The notes beneath the pieces are model-generated. The model saw only the letters and a list, made by a program, of their open reading frames with translations. It had not been told where the DNA came from and ran no database searches. The position numbers and the translations under genes were made by a program. This document shows, in pieces, positions 48,390 to 58,411 of a stretch of 64,000 nucleotides of DNA (the stretch's first letter is position 1; the number at the start of each line of letters is the position of its first letter). Source of the DNA: Candidatus Gottesmanbacteria bacterium GW2011_GWA2_43_14 (GTDB lineage Bacteria; Patescibacteriota; Microgenomatia; 2-02-FULL-39-11); NCBI GenBank assembly GCA_000999095.1, contig LCFP01000004.1, forward strand, positions 13,429 to 77,428, read 5' to 3'.

Positions 48390-48950
48390 ATGAATATTGC
48401 AATTCTTGGCGGACGATTCGATCCGCCCCACATCTGGCATTTTTGGATAGCCGAGCAGGTCCTGGAGAATGTTAAAGGCATAGACCAGGTATGGTACATG
48501 CCGGATTTTCAAAACGCATTCAAGCCGATTGTTGCCGTCCCGCATCAGCGCGCCGAAATGCTGCATTATCTGGAAACTGGCAGGATCAAACTTTCGACTA
48601 TTGCATTATCCAAGGAAACGGTCACCTATACGGTTTCCGTGGTCGGTGATCTGATTAAAGATCGGGCCAACCGCTATTTTTGGATTGTCGGATCAGATAT
48701 TACCAATGAGTTTTCCCGCTGGAGGGATTACCATAAACTGTCTCGGATGATAACTTTTTTGGTGATTCCCCGGAAAGATTATCCGATCAAGAATTTGCCC
48801 TCCGGATTTCAAAGGGTCGAGGGCAACCTGATGCTTTCAAATGTTTCCTCAACTATCATCAGGGACAGGATAAAACAGGGGAAAACCGTCAGCGGCCTGG
48901 TCTTTCCCGAGGTGGAAAATTATATCAGGAAAAACAATTTATACCGATAA
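48390..48950 (+). CDS. nadD: Nicotinate-nucleotide adenylyltransferase
   Basis: IAILGGRFDPPHIWH (HxGH-type) and a C-terminal ISST-like motif (SSTIIRDR). Confidence 0.8.
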   Translation: MNIAILGGRFDPPHIWHFWIAEQVLENVKGIDQVWYMPDFQNAFKPIVAVPHQRAEMLHYLETGRIKLSTIALSKETVTYTVSVVGDLIKDRANRYFWIVGSDITNEFSRWRDYHKLSRMITFLVIPRKDYPIKNLPSGFQRVEGNLMLSNVSSTIIRDRIKQGKTVSGLVFPEVENYIRKNNLYR

Positions 48951-48951
48951 G

Positions 48952-49740
48952 ATGGTTGATTTATCAATTAATTCCGAAAAAGCAGGCTCGCAAATAATTG
49001 AATTTCTTAAAAAAACCTTTAAAGAAGCGGGTTTTACCAAAGCCGTCCTGGGAGTTTCCGGGGGTGTTGATTCGGCGCTAGTTTTGTTTCTGGCAGCCAG
49101 AGCTTTGGGAGAGAAGAATGTCCTACCCGTGATGCTGTCTTATGCCGGTTTAAACTCAAAAGGTTTTAAAAATGCGGAATTGGCGATACGGAAAGCCGGA
49201 ATTGCCCAGGAAAACGCCAAGATTATTGATATTAAAGAAGCCGTTGAGGCTGTTGTCAAAACAGACCTCCGGATGGATGAACTGAGGAAAGGCAATATCA
49301 TGGTCAGACTGCGCATGATACATCTTTATGATCTGGCCAAAAAGCACCGCGCCCTGGTATTGGGCACGGAAAACCGCACGGAATATTTGCTGGGCTATTT
49401 TACCCGATTTGGCGACGAGGCTTCGGATGTAGAACCGATCCGGCATTTATATAAGACCCAGGTAAAACAGCTGGCAGAGTATTTGGGAGTTCCAAAGGAA
49501 ATAGTAAACCAGGAGCCTACAGCCGGTATGTGGCCCGGTCAGACAGACGAAGGCGAGTTCGGTTTCAGCTATTCGGACGCTGATAAGATTTTATTACTTT
49601 ATGCAGATCAGGAAAAGACTAAAAAAGAGATTTCGGCATTAGGTTTTAATAATCATACCGTTGATAAAGTCATTGCCCGACTGACTGGCAATTCCTTTAA
49701 ACATAGATTGCCTTATATTTTTAGAGAAAAACGATTATAA
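48952..49740 (+). CDS. nadE: NH3-dependent NAD+ synthetase
   Basis: LGVSGGVDSALV PP-loop (SGGxDS) and the conserved NadE body. Confidence 0.8.
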   Translation: MVDLSINSEKAGSQIIEFLKKTFKEAGFTKAVLGVSGGVDSALVLFLAARALGEKNVLPVMLSYAGLNSKGFKNAELAIRKAGIAQENAKIIDIKEAVEAVVKTDLRMDELRKGNIMVRLRMIHLYDLAKKHRALVLGTENRTEYLLGYFTRFGDEASDVEPIRHLYKTQVKQLAEYLGVPKEIVNQEPTAGMWPGQTDEGEFGFSYSDADKILLLYADQEKTKKEISALGFNNHTVDKVIARLTGNSFKHRLPYIFREKRL

Positions 49741-49747
49741 TCATATT

Positions 49748-51136
49748 ATGGCAGTACAATTGAATTATATTGCTCCTCCCGGCTGGCAGCCTCCCAATCC
49801 CGATCAGGATTATCTCCTTATCCAATTCAAAATCGAGCTGGCTGATTTTGTTGACAAAAAAATGTTTCCGGATGCAACCGCCTCGGTGGCCGCGGAATCC
49901 TCAACCGGTACCTGGACCAAAGTCGATGAGGGACCGGAGTCGGGGATCAAAATGGCCGATGAAATGAAAGCCATTGTCTATGAGATAGATGAAGCCAACA
50001 TGATGTTCCGGGTGGCCTATAAAACGGATCTGTTTGAAACTGACAATATGTCCGGTTTCCTGGCAGGACCGGCGGGCAATATCGGCGGCATGAAAATGGT
50101 CAAAGGCCTGAGAATGTTTGATATCCGTTTCCCGGAAAAAATGGTCAAAGCTTTCCCCGGGCCGAGGTACGGCATTGAAGGAGTCAGGGATTTATTGGAT
50201 CAGGATGAAGCGCAAAGAAAATTACCGATTATAGGTACCGTGCCCAAGCCGAAAGTCGGCAGGACTGCCCAGGAGCAGGCAGTTCTGGCCAGAAGACTAT
50301 GGACGGCTGGCGACGGCAGCTACGATTTTATCAAAGATGATGAAAATCTGACCAGTCTGTTTTTCAATAAATTTGAGGACAGGGCCAGACTCGTCCACCA
50401 AGTGCAAAAGGAACTGGAGGAAAAGGGAGGCAAAAAGAAACTATATTTATGCAATCTCAGCCATTCCAATATCGATACTATGCTTAAACGAGCTGACCTG
50501 ATCAAAGAGACAGGCGGCCGCTGCATGATGATCGACGTGATCGCTACCGGTTTTGCCGCCGTGCATTCAATGAGGCTTAAAAATCCGGAGCTTATCATCC
50601 ATGCCCACCGGGCTATGCATGCCTTTATCACCCGGGAGTCTGGAAGCGGCATCACCGGAAAAGGACCGTTAAACGGTTTTTCCGTATCCATGCTGACACT
50701 GGCCAAGATCTTCCGGTTATTAGGGGTCGATTCCCTACATACCGGCTCGCCTAAAGCCAAAATGGAAGATTACGGAGAAAGCGAAGAGATTATGCGGAAT
50801 CTGACTCAGGACGAGGTTTCTCCAAGCGAAAAATTCCACACTTTAGGCCAGAAATGGTTCGGTACCAAAAAAGTCTGGCCGGTTGCTTCCGGTGGTTTGC
50901 ATCCGGGAGTCATGGACACGGTCGTCAGTAAGATGGGCCATGACTGTTATGTACAGATGGGCGGAGGGGTTTTAGGCCATCCACAGGGTGTGGAAAGGGG
51001 TGTGGAAGCTGCCCTTGAAGCAAGAAGAGCTATTATAAACGGGCAAACAGTTCAAGAGTATGTGGAGCAGAACCCCGATTCCGCTTTAGCCGCCGCCGTC
51101 GGCCTCTGGGGCACCGAACCCAAGCTTGTTTATTGA
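49748..51136 (+). CDS. Ribulose-1,5-bisphosphate carboxylase large-subunit homolog, form III or II/III-like
   Basis: GTVPKPKVG (catalytic Lys region), DGSYDFIKDDENL (carbamylated Lys in KDDE), GGGVLGHPQG, and a length of 462 aa. No small subunit gene is adjacent. Confidence 0.8.
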   Translation: MAVQLNYIAPPGWQPPNPDQDYLLIQFKIELADFVDKKMFPDATASVAAESSTGTWTKVDEGPESGIKMADEMKAIVYEIDEANMMFRVAYKTDLFETDNMSGFLAGPAGNIGGMKMVKGLRMFDIRFPEKMVKAFPGPRYGIEGVRDLLDQDEAQRKLPIIGTVPKPKVGRTAQEQAVLARRLWTAGDGSYDFIKDDENLTSLFFNKFEDRARLVHQVQKELEEKGGKKKLYLCNLSHSNIDTMLKRADLIKETGGRCMMIDVIATGFAAVHSMRLKNPELIIHAHRAMHAFITRESGSGITGKGPLNGFSVSMLTLAKIFRLLGVDSLHTGSPKAKMEDYGESEEIMRNLTQDEVSPSEKFHTLGQKWFGTKKVWPVASGGLHPGVMDTVVSKMGHDCYVQMGGGVLGHPQGVERGVEAALEARRAIINGQTVQEYVEQNPDSALAAAVGLWGTEPKLVY

Positions 51137-51171
51137 CAGCCTCCTCTTAAGAAAATACAACAGTTGTTATA

Positions 51172-51987
51172 ATGTTACCCATGGATAATAAAGAGAAGCT
51201 TGTTAAAAAAGCCCGAAATTACTTACTGGATCTTCTACCAAGCGCAGGACAAATTGCCAGAAGATATCTCCACGCGGAAGAGTTGCCCAGCAAGAAAAAA
51301 GGAGAGCATGATTTTGTGACTGCTGCTGATCTGGCGGTTGACGATTTTCTGCAGAAGCATTTAAAAAAAGATTTTCCTGAAATTCCGATTTTAACGGAGG
51401 AAACGGTAGACCGTGATTTGTCTGAATATTACGATGAAGAATATTTATTTATAATTGACCCTTTAGACGGGACCTCGAATTTCGCCAGGGGAGATGATAA
51501 TTTCTCAATCAGTGTCGCTCTTGTAGAAAGGGGAGAGCCTCTGCTGGGTGTCATATTTTCACCCATATCAAGCCGACTTTTTTGGACCACTTACCGTGAC
51601 AGGAAAGCTTTTTGGAACGGCAGGAGTATAAGTGTTTCGGATATCAGGGTATTGGATAAAGCGGTTGTCTGTACAGACTGGTCCCATTTACTGGAAACCA
51701 GGGACCGGACAACCCATTTTTTAAGGAAAGTGTATGGCCATGTCAGACAAATTAAGATTTTGGGCAGCGCGGCCACAGATATAACCCTTTTGGCCAGAGG
51801 GGGAGTGGATATTTATCATCATGTCCGGTTGTTTCCCTGGGATGTAGCTGCTGCCGGACTTATTGCCCAAAAAGCCGGAGCCAAAGTAACGGATATAAAG
51901 GGAAACACATGGAATGTTTTTTCAGAAGGAATAATTGCCGCTAATCCCAATTTATTTGATAAGCTATTTGAGTTGATTAAAGATTAG
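51172..51987 (+). CDS. Inositol monophosphatase / FBPase family phosphatase
   Basis: IIDPLDGTSNF metal-binding motif and a WDVAAAG C-terminal motif. Confidence 0.7.
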   Translation: MLPMDNKEKLVKKARNYLLDLLPSAGQIARRYLHAEELPSKKKGEHDFVTAADLAVDDFLQKHLKKDFPEIPILTEETVDRDLSEYYDEEYLFIIDPLDGTSNFARGDDNFSISVALVERGEPLLGVIFSPISSRLFWTTYRDRKAFWNGRSISVSDIRVLDKAVVCTDWSHLLETRDRTTHFLRKVYGHVRQIKILGSAATDITLLARGGVDIYHHVRLFPWDVAAAGLIAQKAGAKVTDIKGNTWNVFSEGIIAANPNLFDKLFELIKD

Positions 51988-51994
51988 GAGAAGT

Positions 51995-52870
51995 TTATTT
52001 TCTGGCTCCGGGACTTCCGTCTTCTAACGGTTGATAGCCGTTTGAACCGATCATTTCCTGGCCCGGCATGACAAATCCTTCCGGATGGTGTCCATTTCTG
52101 TTAAATTGATGATGTATTTCTGACCAACCATCCGTTGCGACCATTCTCGCACCATGATCAAATAGTTTTTGAATAGTGTGAGGGGTGCAATCTACCGGCA
52201 CGCCCCAAACAAATGCTCCAGCTTTATGAGCCGATTCGACTCCGACGGGAGAATCTTCGAATACTACAGTATCGGTGGGTCGAATACCAATCGCTTCAGC
52301 TGTTAATTCATATATAAAAGGATCAGGCTTTGGTTTATCACCGGCTCTTTCTCTTAAGACAATCAAATGACCGCTATGATCGTTAAAAAAAGGCCATAAT
52401 TTTGATCTTTCCAATATCTCTCGCGCTTCTTCAAAATCAGTATTAGAAGCGATTGCAATAGGAATTTTATGACCTTTAAGAGTTTCCAAAAATGGTACCA
52501 AATATTCCCGCGGTTGAAGATCGGCATTAGCGACTAGCTGGCGATATATTAATGTGTCCAAGTCCATCATTTTTTTGGGGGTCATCCTTCCATTCCCTCG
52601 GTAGGCCAACTGTTCCATGATAGCCTTGCCTGGTCCTCCATAAAAATTGGGAGAAATTTCAGATACAGATTGGGGATCAGATAAATCCAGCCTCACGCCG
52701 ACTTGTGCGGCGACCTGTCGATGGGCCTCATGTCTTACCGGATCAGTGTCAACGCCGGTTCCCTCCAAGTCAAAAATAAAAGCACCAAAATCTCTAGATC
52801 CGATTCTAGCGCTACCTTCGCGTAAAGTAAACTCTGGTGTATAGTTGTTATGTTGATATAACGGTGTCAT
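51995..52870 (-). CDS. HAD-IA family hydrolase (beta-phosphoglucomutase/phosphatase-like)
   Basis: Motif I FIFDLEGTGVDTD and the terminal motif FEDSPVGVESAHKAGA. Confidence 0.6.
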   Translation of the reverse strand: MTPLYQHNNYTPEFTLREGSARIGSRDFGAFIFDLEGTGVDTDPVRHEAHRQVAAQVGVRLDLSDPQSVSEISPNFYGGPGKAIMEQLAYRGNGRMTPKKMMDLDTLIYRQLVANADLQPREYLVPFLETLKGHKIPIAIASNTDFEEAREILERSKLWPFFNDHSGHLIVLRERAGDKPKPDPFIYELTAEAIGIRPTDTVVFEDSPVGVESAHKAGAFVWGVPVDCTPHTIQKLFDHGARMVATDGWSEIHHQFNRNGHHPEGFVMPGQEMIGSNGYQPLEDGSPGARK

Positions 52871-52980
52871 ATAATTTCATACTCTTTAAAAATCATACTA
52901 TATCATACAAAGATTAGTTGTCAAATATGAAAAAAAGACTGATATGATTTAAAGTAAAAGTGAAGTAAAAAAGTTTTGTG

Positions 52981-53940
52981 TCAATCCATTATTAACGCGG
53001 CAGCACCGACAACCCCGACATTTTCACGGAATTTTGCCGGTACAACCTCCAGCGTTTGGTCCATGGCTCTGGCTTTGACTACTTTCCTGACTGTGGTAAA
53101 CATCAGGTCGCCTGCATGACTGAGTCCTCCTCCCAGGACTACCCGACCCGGATTAAGGATATTGGCAGCTGAGGCAATGCCTATTCCTAACCAGGTCATG
53201 GCTTCGTTCCAAATGGATTTCGCTAACAGATCACCTTTTTGAGCGGCATCTGCAACGGTTTTTGATGTCAATTCTTCCATGGGCAGGTCATTTAAAATAC
53301 TGATTTTATACTCTGAAGGTTTTGGTTTAGGTATTGGCTGTTTCAGTCTTTCACGTGCAGTTCTGGCGATTGACAGTCCTGAGGAAAGTGCTTCCAGGCA
53401 TCCGCGACGGCCGCAGGGACACAAAGGACCGTCAGGCTTAAGTGTCATATGGCCGACCTCACCGGCCCAGGAATGTTCACCGCGGTGGAGTTTGCCGTTA
53501 ATGATCACTCCGCCGCCTATGCCTGTGGAGACAGTGAAATAAAGCATGTTTTTAACTCCCTGACCGGCCCCGAAACGATATTCACCAAGAGCAGCTGCAT
53601 CTGCATCATGCCCGATTCGAGTCGGGAATTTAAATGTTTTTTCAATTGTTTCAGCCAGGGGAAAGCCTTCCCAGCCGGAAACATGCATGGAAAAACGGGG
53701 GACGCGCCCGTTAGCTTCAACCGGACCGTCAAAACTGACTCCGATGCCTTTTAATGATCTGTTTTGGTAAGTTTTTACAAGATCAGATGCCATAGAGAGC
53801 ATAGCTTTAAGGCTTTTGTCAGCCATTCTTTCGTTCGGGGTGTCGCAGCGTAAAGACCGAAGAATCCGGCCGTCTTGCGGATCGACCAGACCGGCTGCTA
53901 ATTTAGTCCCGCCAAAATCAAGACCTAATACAGGCTTCAT
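52981..53940 (-). CDS. ROK family sugar kinase (glucokinase-like)
   Basis: VLGLDFGGTKLAAGLVD N-terminal ATP motif and the CPCGRRGCLE zinc motif. Confidence 0.8.
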   Translation of the reverse strand: MKPVLGLDFGGTKLAAGLVDPQDGRILRSLRCDTPNERMADKSLKAMLSMASDLVKTYQNRSLKGIGVSFDGPVEANGRVPRFSMHVSGWEGFPLAETIEKTFKFPTRIGHDADAAALGEYRFGAGQGVKNMLYFTVSTGIGGGVIINGKLHRGEHSWAGEVGHMTLKPDGPLCPCGRRGCLEALSSGLSIARTARERLKQPIPKPKPSEYKISILNDLPMEELTSKTVADAAQKGDLLAKSIWNEAMTWLGIGIASAANILNPGRVVLGGGLSHAGDLMFTTVRKVVKARAMDQTLEVVPAKFRENVGVVGAAALIMD

Positions 53941-53943
53941 GAC

Positions 53944-55248
53944 TTAACCTGACTTACTTGACTTTTTAACTCTGCGTCTGAATTCTTCAAGGAGAGCATG
54001 CATCCAAAAATCAATATAGACGCCATTTTCAGGATCTGCTAACAAACCTTTTTCTTTCCCAGGATTTTTTATCACTATATCAGCTTTGTTAATCAAACCC
54101 GTTTCTCCTGATGTAAAACCCAACACTTTTGTTCCATGTCTTTTGGCTTCATCAACGACATTGAGTATTTGCGGGGAGTTGCCATTGGCTGAATAGATAA
54201 AAATAATATCATTATCTCCGGGTTTATAAGTGCGAAACCTATCTGAGTAAATTTCTCGAGCGCCATTATTTAGACGCATGGTCATTGCCGGAATACTGTC
54301 GGTCAGCGAAAAAGCTTTTGATGGCTTTGCACCTTCAATTTCAACGGTTGGCCGTTTACCAGCATCGGCGCCGTAATGATTGCTTAAAGCGGAACTGCTC
54401 TCATCTCCCACAAACATAACACGTCCACCGCTACTGTATGCATTCATATACAATTGAGTAATATGCGCCAATGCGCGGATAAATTTTTCATTTTTCAGCA
54501 TTTCCTCAATCGTGTTTTTAATGGCGATCAGAGTCGGTATGGCTATAGAAAGTTTAAGATCAAGTGAAGCATCAGTCTCAGGCGGTTTTATCAGGTTTTG
54601 CCGGGTTTGTTTGGTCAGGGAAAACATTAATGCGCTGGCTATCGCCTCATACTCTCCCATATGGGGGCCTTGAATATCTTTCTGAGATGTGGCTTCTTCT
54701 TCTGGTATCAATGCACGCAAATCATCCCCGGGAATTGTCAGGATCACATTTGCTTCTTCGGCTAAGCCTTTATCCCCGAATGTCATGCCGATGACATTCG
54801 CCCCCTTTTCCCTGGCGTATTTAACCGCTTTAACAATATTTGGCGAAGTTCCGCTGCCTGAAAAAGCGATTACCGAATCATTTCCGTTTAGATCCAACAA
54901 TAACATTTGATTATAAAATGTATTCTCGTACCCGTCATCATTTCCAACCATGGTAATGGTTGATGGGTTGTACATTCCCATTGATTGAGGCCCGTCGACG
55001 TTTTCAATTCCCTCGGTCAGCCATTTTGGCAAACCAGCACCGTATTGTTCAGCCACTGCCGCACTGCCGCCATTGCCAATAAGGATAAATCTGCCTCCCT
55101 TATTAGCCGTATTGGTCATATAATTTGCAGCCTCTGCCAATTGTTCCGGTTGAACGTCAATCATACGGCTGAGTGTTTTGGTTGTAGCATCCAAAGTTGA
55201 AATGGCGAGCGCAGGATGAAAATCCTGATGGAGAGTTTCCTGTCTCAT
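53944..55248 (-). CDS. Tandem SIS-domain sugar-phosphate isomerase (PGI/PMI-like, or a GlmS-isomerase-like domain)
   Basis: Two SIS cores: FILIGNGGSAAVA...VIAFSGSGTSPNI and VMFVGDESS...IIFIYSANGNSPQI. Confidence 0.45.
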   Translation of the reverse strand: MRQETLHQDFHPALAISTLDATTKTLSRMIDVQPEQLAEAANYMTNTANKGGRFILIGNGGSAAVAEQYGAGLPKWLTEGIENVDGPQSMGMYNPSTITMVGNDDGYENTFYNQMLLLDLNGNDSVIAFSGSGTSPNIVKAVKYAREKGANVIGMTFGDKGLAEEANVILTIPGDDLRALIPEEEATSQKDIQGPHMGEYEAIASALMFSLTKQTRQNLIKPPETDASLDLKLSIAIPTLIAIKNTIEEMLKNEKFIRALAHITQLYMNAYSSGGRVMFVGDESSSALSNHYGADAGKRPTVEIEGAKPSKAFSLTDSIPAMTMRLNNGAREIYSDRFRTYKPGDNDIIFIYSANGNSPQILNVVDEAKRHGTKVLGFTSGETGLINKADIVIKNPGKEKGLLADPENGVYIDFWMHALLEEFRRRVKKSSKSG

Positions 55249-55318
55249 AAGAATTGTATGATATTATCATACGGAAGGAGAAAATTCAAGTAGGAATGAT
55301 AGATTGTCATAAATCTAT

Positions 55319-56161
55319 TTAGCCTGTTGTAACGATCTCGGTTATTTCCTGAAAGCGCTCCTTTACAGTTATTGAAAAAAATTCCGGCCATTTATCTTGA
55401 GGCCGATCAATAAAGTCCTGCCAGAGAGAACGACCGGCCAAGAAACCGGAAGCACCATGAGTAACCGCATTGCGCAGGAAGATTTTAAATGTTTGGAAAT
55501 CAACTCCTTTGGTCAATAATATCCAAGGTGTACCCGACAAAAGATCGGTGATACTTTGACAGGCTTCAGGATTACCGGGATATTCAAGTTTGAAAACGTC
55601 AGGTTTAATGTCATTTTCCAAAAAGACAGTCACAGAATCGATAATGCTGGCAGCTAAATCAAAACCATGACTGTTTAAGGGATAAGTCAATATTTCCAAA
55701 AAAAGCGGCAGGGAATTTTGCCGGCATTCTTCTAATAATTTCTTAGTCAATCGCAATTGTAATCCAGCAGTCGCGGCTTGGGGATGGAAATATAAAAGAA
55801 TTTTTACTCCTTTGGCTCCCTGTTTTTTTAAAAATTCAACACTATATTCCAGTTCGGTAACCCGACCTCCATTTTCTTTCCTGTAACCTGATTTCTCGAT
55901 GGCCAAAAGATAAGGTTTGGCCAAAATACCTGAATTTCTTTCGGCGGCTTCTTGATAGGCAGGCAAGCCGAACTTAGAATCAAGAAGAATACCGCTGTAT
56001 AATCGATTTAAAGATTCTATCAGTAACCGTTTGATGGTGATGATCTGGTTTTCATTTCCGGCTATATTGCCGGTTTTTAATAATTTTTCAAAACTGCCCC
56101 GATGGTCCAGAGCAAGCATAAGCAGTTTCTTCTGTGATGAAAAAGCGCTGATTTTATTCAT
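55319..56161 (-). CDS. DeoC/LacD-family class I aldolase (fructose/tagatose-bisphosphate aldolase-like)
   Basis: LMLALDHRGSF resembles the LacD/FbaB motif. 280 aa with a TIM-barrel layout. Confidence 0.45.
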   Translation of the reverse strand: MNKISAFSSQKKLLMLALDHRGSFEKLLKTGNIAGNENQIITIKRLLIESLNRLYSGILLDSKFGLPAYQEAAERNSGILAKPYLLAIEKSGYRKENGGRVTELEYSVEFLKKQGAKGVKILLYFHPQAATAGLQLRLTKKLLEECRQNSLPLFLEILTYPLNSHGFDLAASIIDSVTVFLENDIKPDVFKLEYPGNPEACQSITDLLSGTPWILLTKGVDFQTFKIFLRNAVTHGASGFLAGRSLWQDFIDRPQDKWPEFFSITVKERFQEITEIVTTG

Positions 56162-56247
56162 GTCTGTTATTATATCTTACCGCTTAATGACGGATAAATC
56201 ATAAATTTTGCTATAATTCATTTTATCTCCAGTTCCGAAAATTAATT

Positions 56248-57141
56248 ATGGTTTACGGATGCGGCTCAGTTGTATTGGATGCTTTAATGCTTTCTAATAA
56301 AGGCATACATCTCAATCAGAAAAATTCGGTCAAGCGGCAAAAAATCCAAATCGGGGGTGTCATCCCTTCGGCTTTAATGACTTTATCCAGATTAGGCATA
56401 AAGACCTCGCTTATAGCTTCTGTGGGGAATGATCTGTTCGGTGATGCAGTTGTCAAGTTATTGAAAAAGGAAAAAGTCGATCTCAGATATCTGCTTAAAA
56501 CGGAAGATCATCCGACACCTTTGGCCTTTGTCACTTTAAATGAAATGACAGGAGAAAGAACCAGTTTTTACACGACCGGTGTTTTTTCCGAATTGAGGGA
56601 AGAAGAAATTAAACTTCATCTGGATAATAAGACTAAACTTTTACTGATTGACGGACATAACCTAAATTTGTCGTTGAACCTGGCCAGACAGGCGCAGGGT
56701 GTCAAAGCGAAAGTACTGCTTGACCTCGGCAGTCCGAAAAAGGGGATTGAGGCTTTAATCAGCGCTGCTGATGTAGTGATGGTGCCCAGAGTTTACATTG
56801 AAAGGAGCGGGGGGGGCTTAAAGGATGAAGAAGTAGTCAAAAAATTCTCTTCATTGAAATCAAAAATCGTGGTTTTGACAATGGAAGAAAAAGGCAGTCT
56901 GGTAATTAACGGATCTGAAATATTTTCCCAGCCGGCCTTCAAAGTTAAAGCTGTCGATACCAACGGGGCGGGAGACATTTTTTTCGGAAGTTTCGCTTTC
57001 GGTATGTTAAATAATTGGGATTTGCGCAGTACTACCCGTTTTGCTACAGGGGCGGCTGCTTTAAGCTGCACTAAATTTGGCAAGGAGTTTCCTACCATTG
57101 GAGAAATTGAGGAATTTTTGAATTCGGCCAACGAAGTTTAA
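56248..57141 (+). CDS. PfkB-family carbohydrate kinase (ribokinase/phosphofructokinase-like)
   Basis: VDTNGAGDIFFGSFAFG (DTxGAGD ATP motif) and an N-terminal GG sugar-binding motif. Confidence 0.7.
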   Translation: MVYGCGSVVLDALMLSNKGIHLNQKNSVKRQKIQIGGVIPSALMTLSRLGIKTSLIASVGNDLFGDAVVKLLKKEKVDLRYLLKTEDHPTPLAFVTLNEMTGERTSFYTTGVFSELREEEIKLHLDNKTKLLLIDGHNLNLSLNLARQAQGVKAKVLLDLGSPKKGIEALISAADVVMVPRVYIERSGGGLKDEEVVKKFSSLKSKIVVLTMEEKGSLVINGSEIFSQPAFKVKAVDTNGAGDIFFGSFAFGMLNNWDLRSTTRFATGAAALSCTKFGKEFPTIGEIEEFLNSANEV

Positions 57142-57154
57142 GGAAGTTATTTTC

Positions 57155-58384
57155 ATGCCTGATCCAGAATCATTTAACGGTAAATTAAATAAACTCCTTC
57201 CGCTTCTTAATCAAAACGATCTTCTGAAAGCAGCACGTCTCTTTAAAATTGACCTGATTGCCGCTTTGTCAAATCAACAATCTTCGCTGCCGACTATACT
57301 AAATCCCGTCAATAAAATTTATCCCCGTAAGGGATCAGGTATCGCTATCTCCGTAGGGGGTACTTACGGTTATGTTTCTTATTTCAATATCACCCAGAAG
57401 GGCATAATCAGATTTTTTAACAGAAAAAAATTCGATATCCCGTTAATGCTGACAAAAAAAGAATTGTTTGATTTGTTGGCAAAAGAGCTGTTTTTTGTGG
57501 CAAAAAACAAGACGGAAATAGGACCGGTCGGCATATCCTTTGCCTATGCTTTGCAACCGCTGTTACATCAGGGTGTATTGGACGGGAAACTATTGGAAAT
57601 GTCGAAAGACAGAAATATCAAAGGATTGGTTGGCGAGATGGTCGGTTGGGAATTCCGGCAATTTTTACGGTCAAAATATAATATTAAAACGAAGGTTTCC
57701 GTGGCTAATGATGCTATTTCACTTTTAATTGGCGGTGGAGGGATTGAAGTGGCCGGAGTGATAGGGACCGGTCTCAATTTTGTGTACTGGGAAAAAAGAT
57801 CGGCGATAGCGCCCATGAAGTTAAACTGTCTGTTCGGATTCAGTCAGAATGAGGTTGCCGTTAATATCGAAGCAAGTAATTTTAACAAAATTCCTGCGAC
57901 AACTCTTAGAGAAAAGGTTGATAAAAAGAGTATTGATTCCGGGAGTGCGTTAGCAGAAAAGGAAGTATCGGGAGCCTATTTATACAAAATCTTTAATGCC
58001 GGAAAAGATGAACTGTTGGGTAAAAACTTTCCTACATTAAACTCGACTGATCAATTAGACAGCATCCGGACCGGCTCATATGATTTTTCCGGAGAAAATA
58101 AAAATTCAGCGGGTGATGCTGCCAATTTTGCCGACAGAATTTTCCAGCGTAGCGCCCAAATCGTCGCCATTGAGTTATGCGGAATTTTTTTGAAGCTGAA
58201 AAAATCAAAAGGTTTGATACCCGTGATTATTGACGGCGGTCTATTTTGGAATGTTAAAAATTATCCGGCCCTGGTTAATTTATACGTTAATATGATAATG
58301 CCAGAGGCAATTCCATCTTTCACCAGACTGTTCGGTTCGAGCCGTAGAGGGATAGCAATTCTTGCTGTAAATCAAAACTTCTGA
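57155..58384 (+). CDS. Hexokinase-family (actin-fold) sugar kinase-like protein
   Basis: ISVGGTYGYV (phosphate-1-like), LIGGGGIEVAGVIGTGLNF, LAEKEVSGAYLYKIF (compare hexokinase EKMISGMYLGE), and IIDGGLFWNVKNYP (adenosine motif). This is weak-to-moderate similarity. Confidence 0.4.
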   Translation: MPDPESFNGKLNKLLPLLNQNDLLKAARLFKIDLIAALSNQQSSLPTILNPVNKIYPRKGSGIAISVGGTYGYVSYFNITQKGIIRFFNRKKFDIPLMLTKKELFDLLAKELFFVAKNKTEIGPVGISFAYALQPLLHQGVLDGKLLEMSKDRNIKGLVGEMVGWEFRQFLRSKYNIKTKVSVANDAISLLIGGGGIEVAGVIGTGLNFVYWEKRSAIAPMKLNCLFGFSQNEVAVNIEASNFNKIPATTLREKVDKKSIDSGSALAEKEVSGAYLYKIFNAGKDELLGKNFPTLNSTDQLDSIRTGSYDFSGENKNSAGDAANFADRIFQRSAQIVAIELCGIFLKLKKSKGLIPVIIDGGLFWNVKNYPALVNLYVNMIMPEAIPSFTRLFGSSRRGIAILAVNQNF

Positions 58385-58411
58385 TTTTTGCAATAAGGCC
58401 CTTAGATTCGA

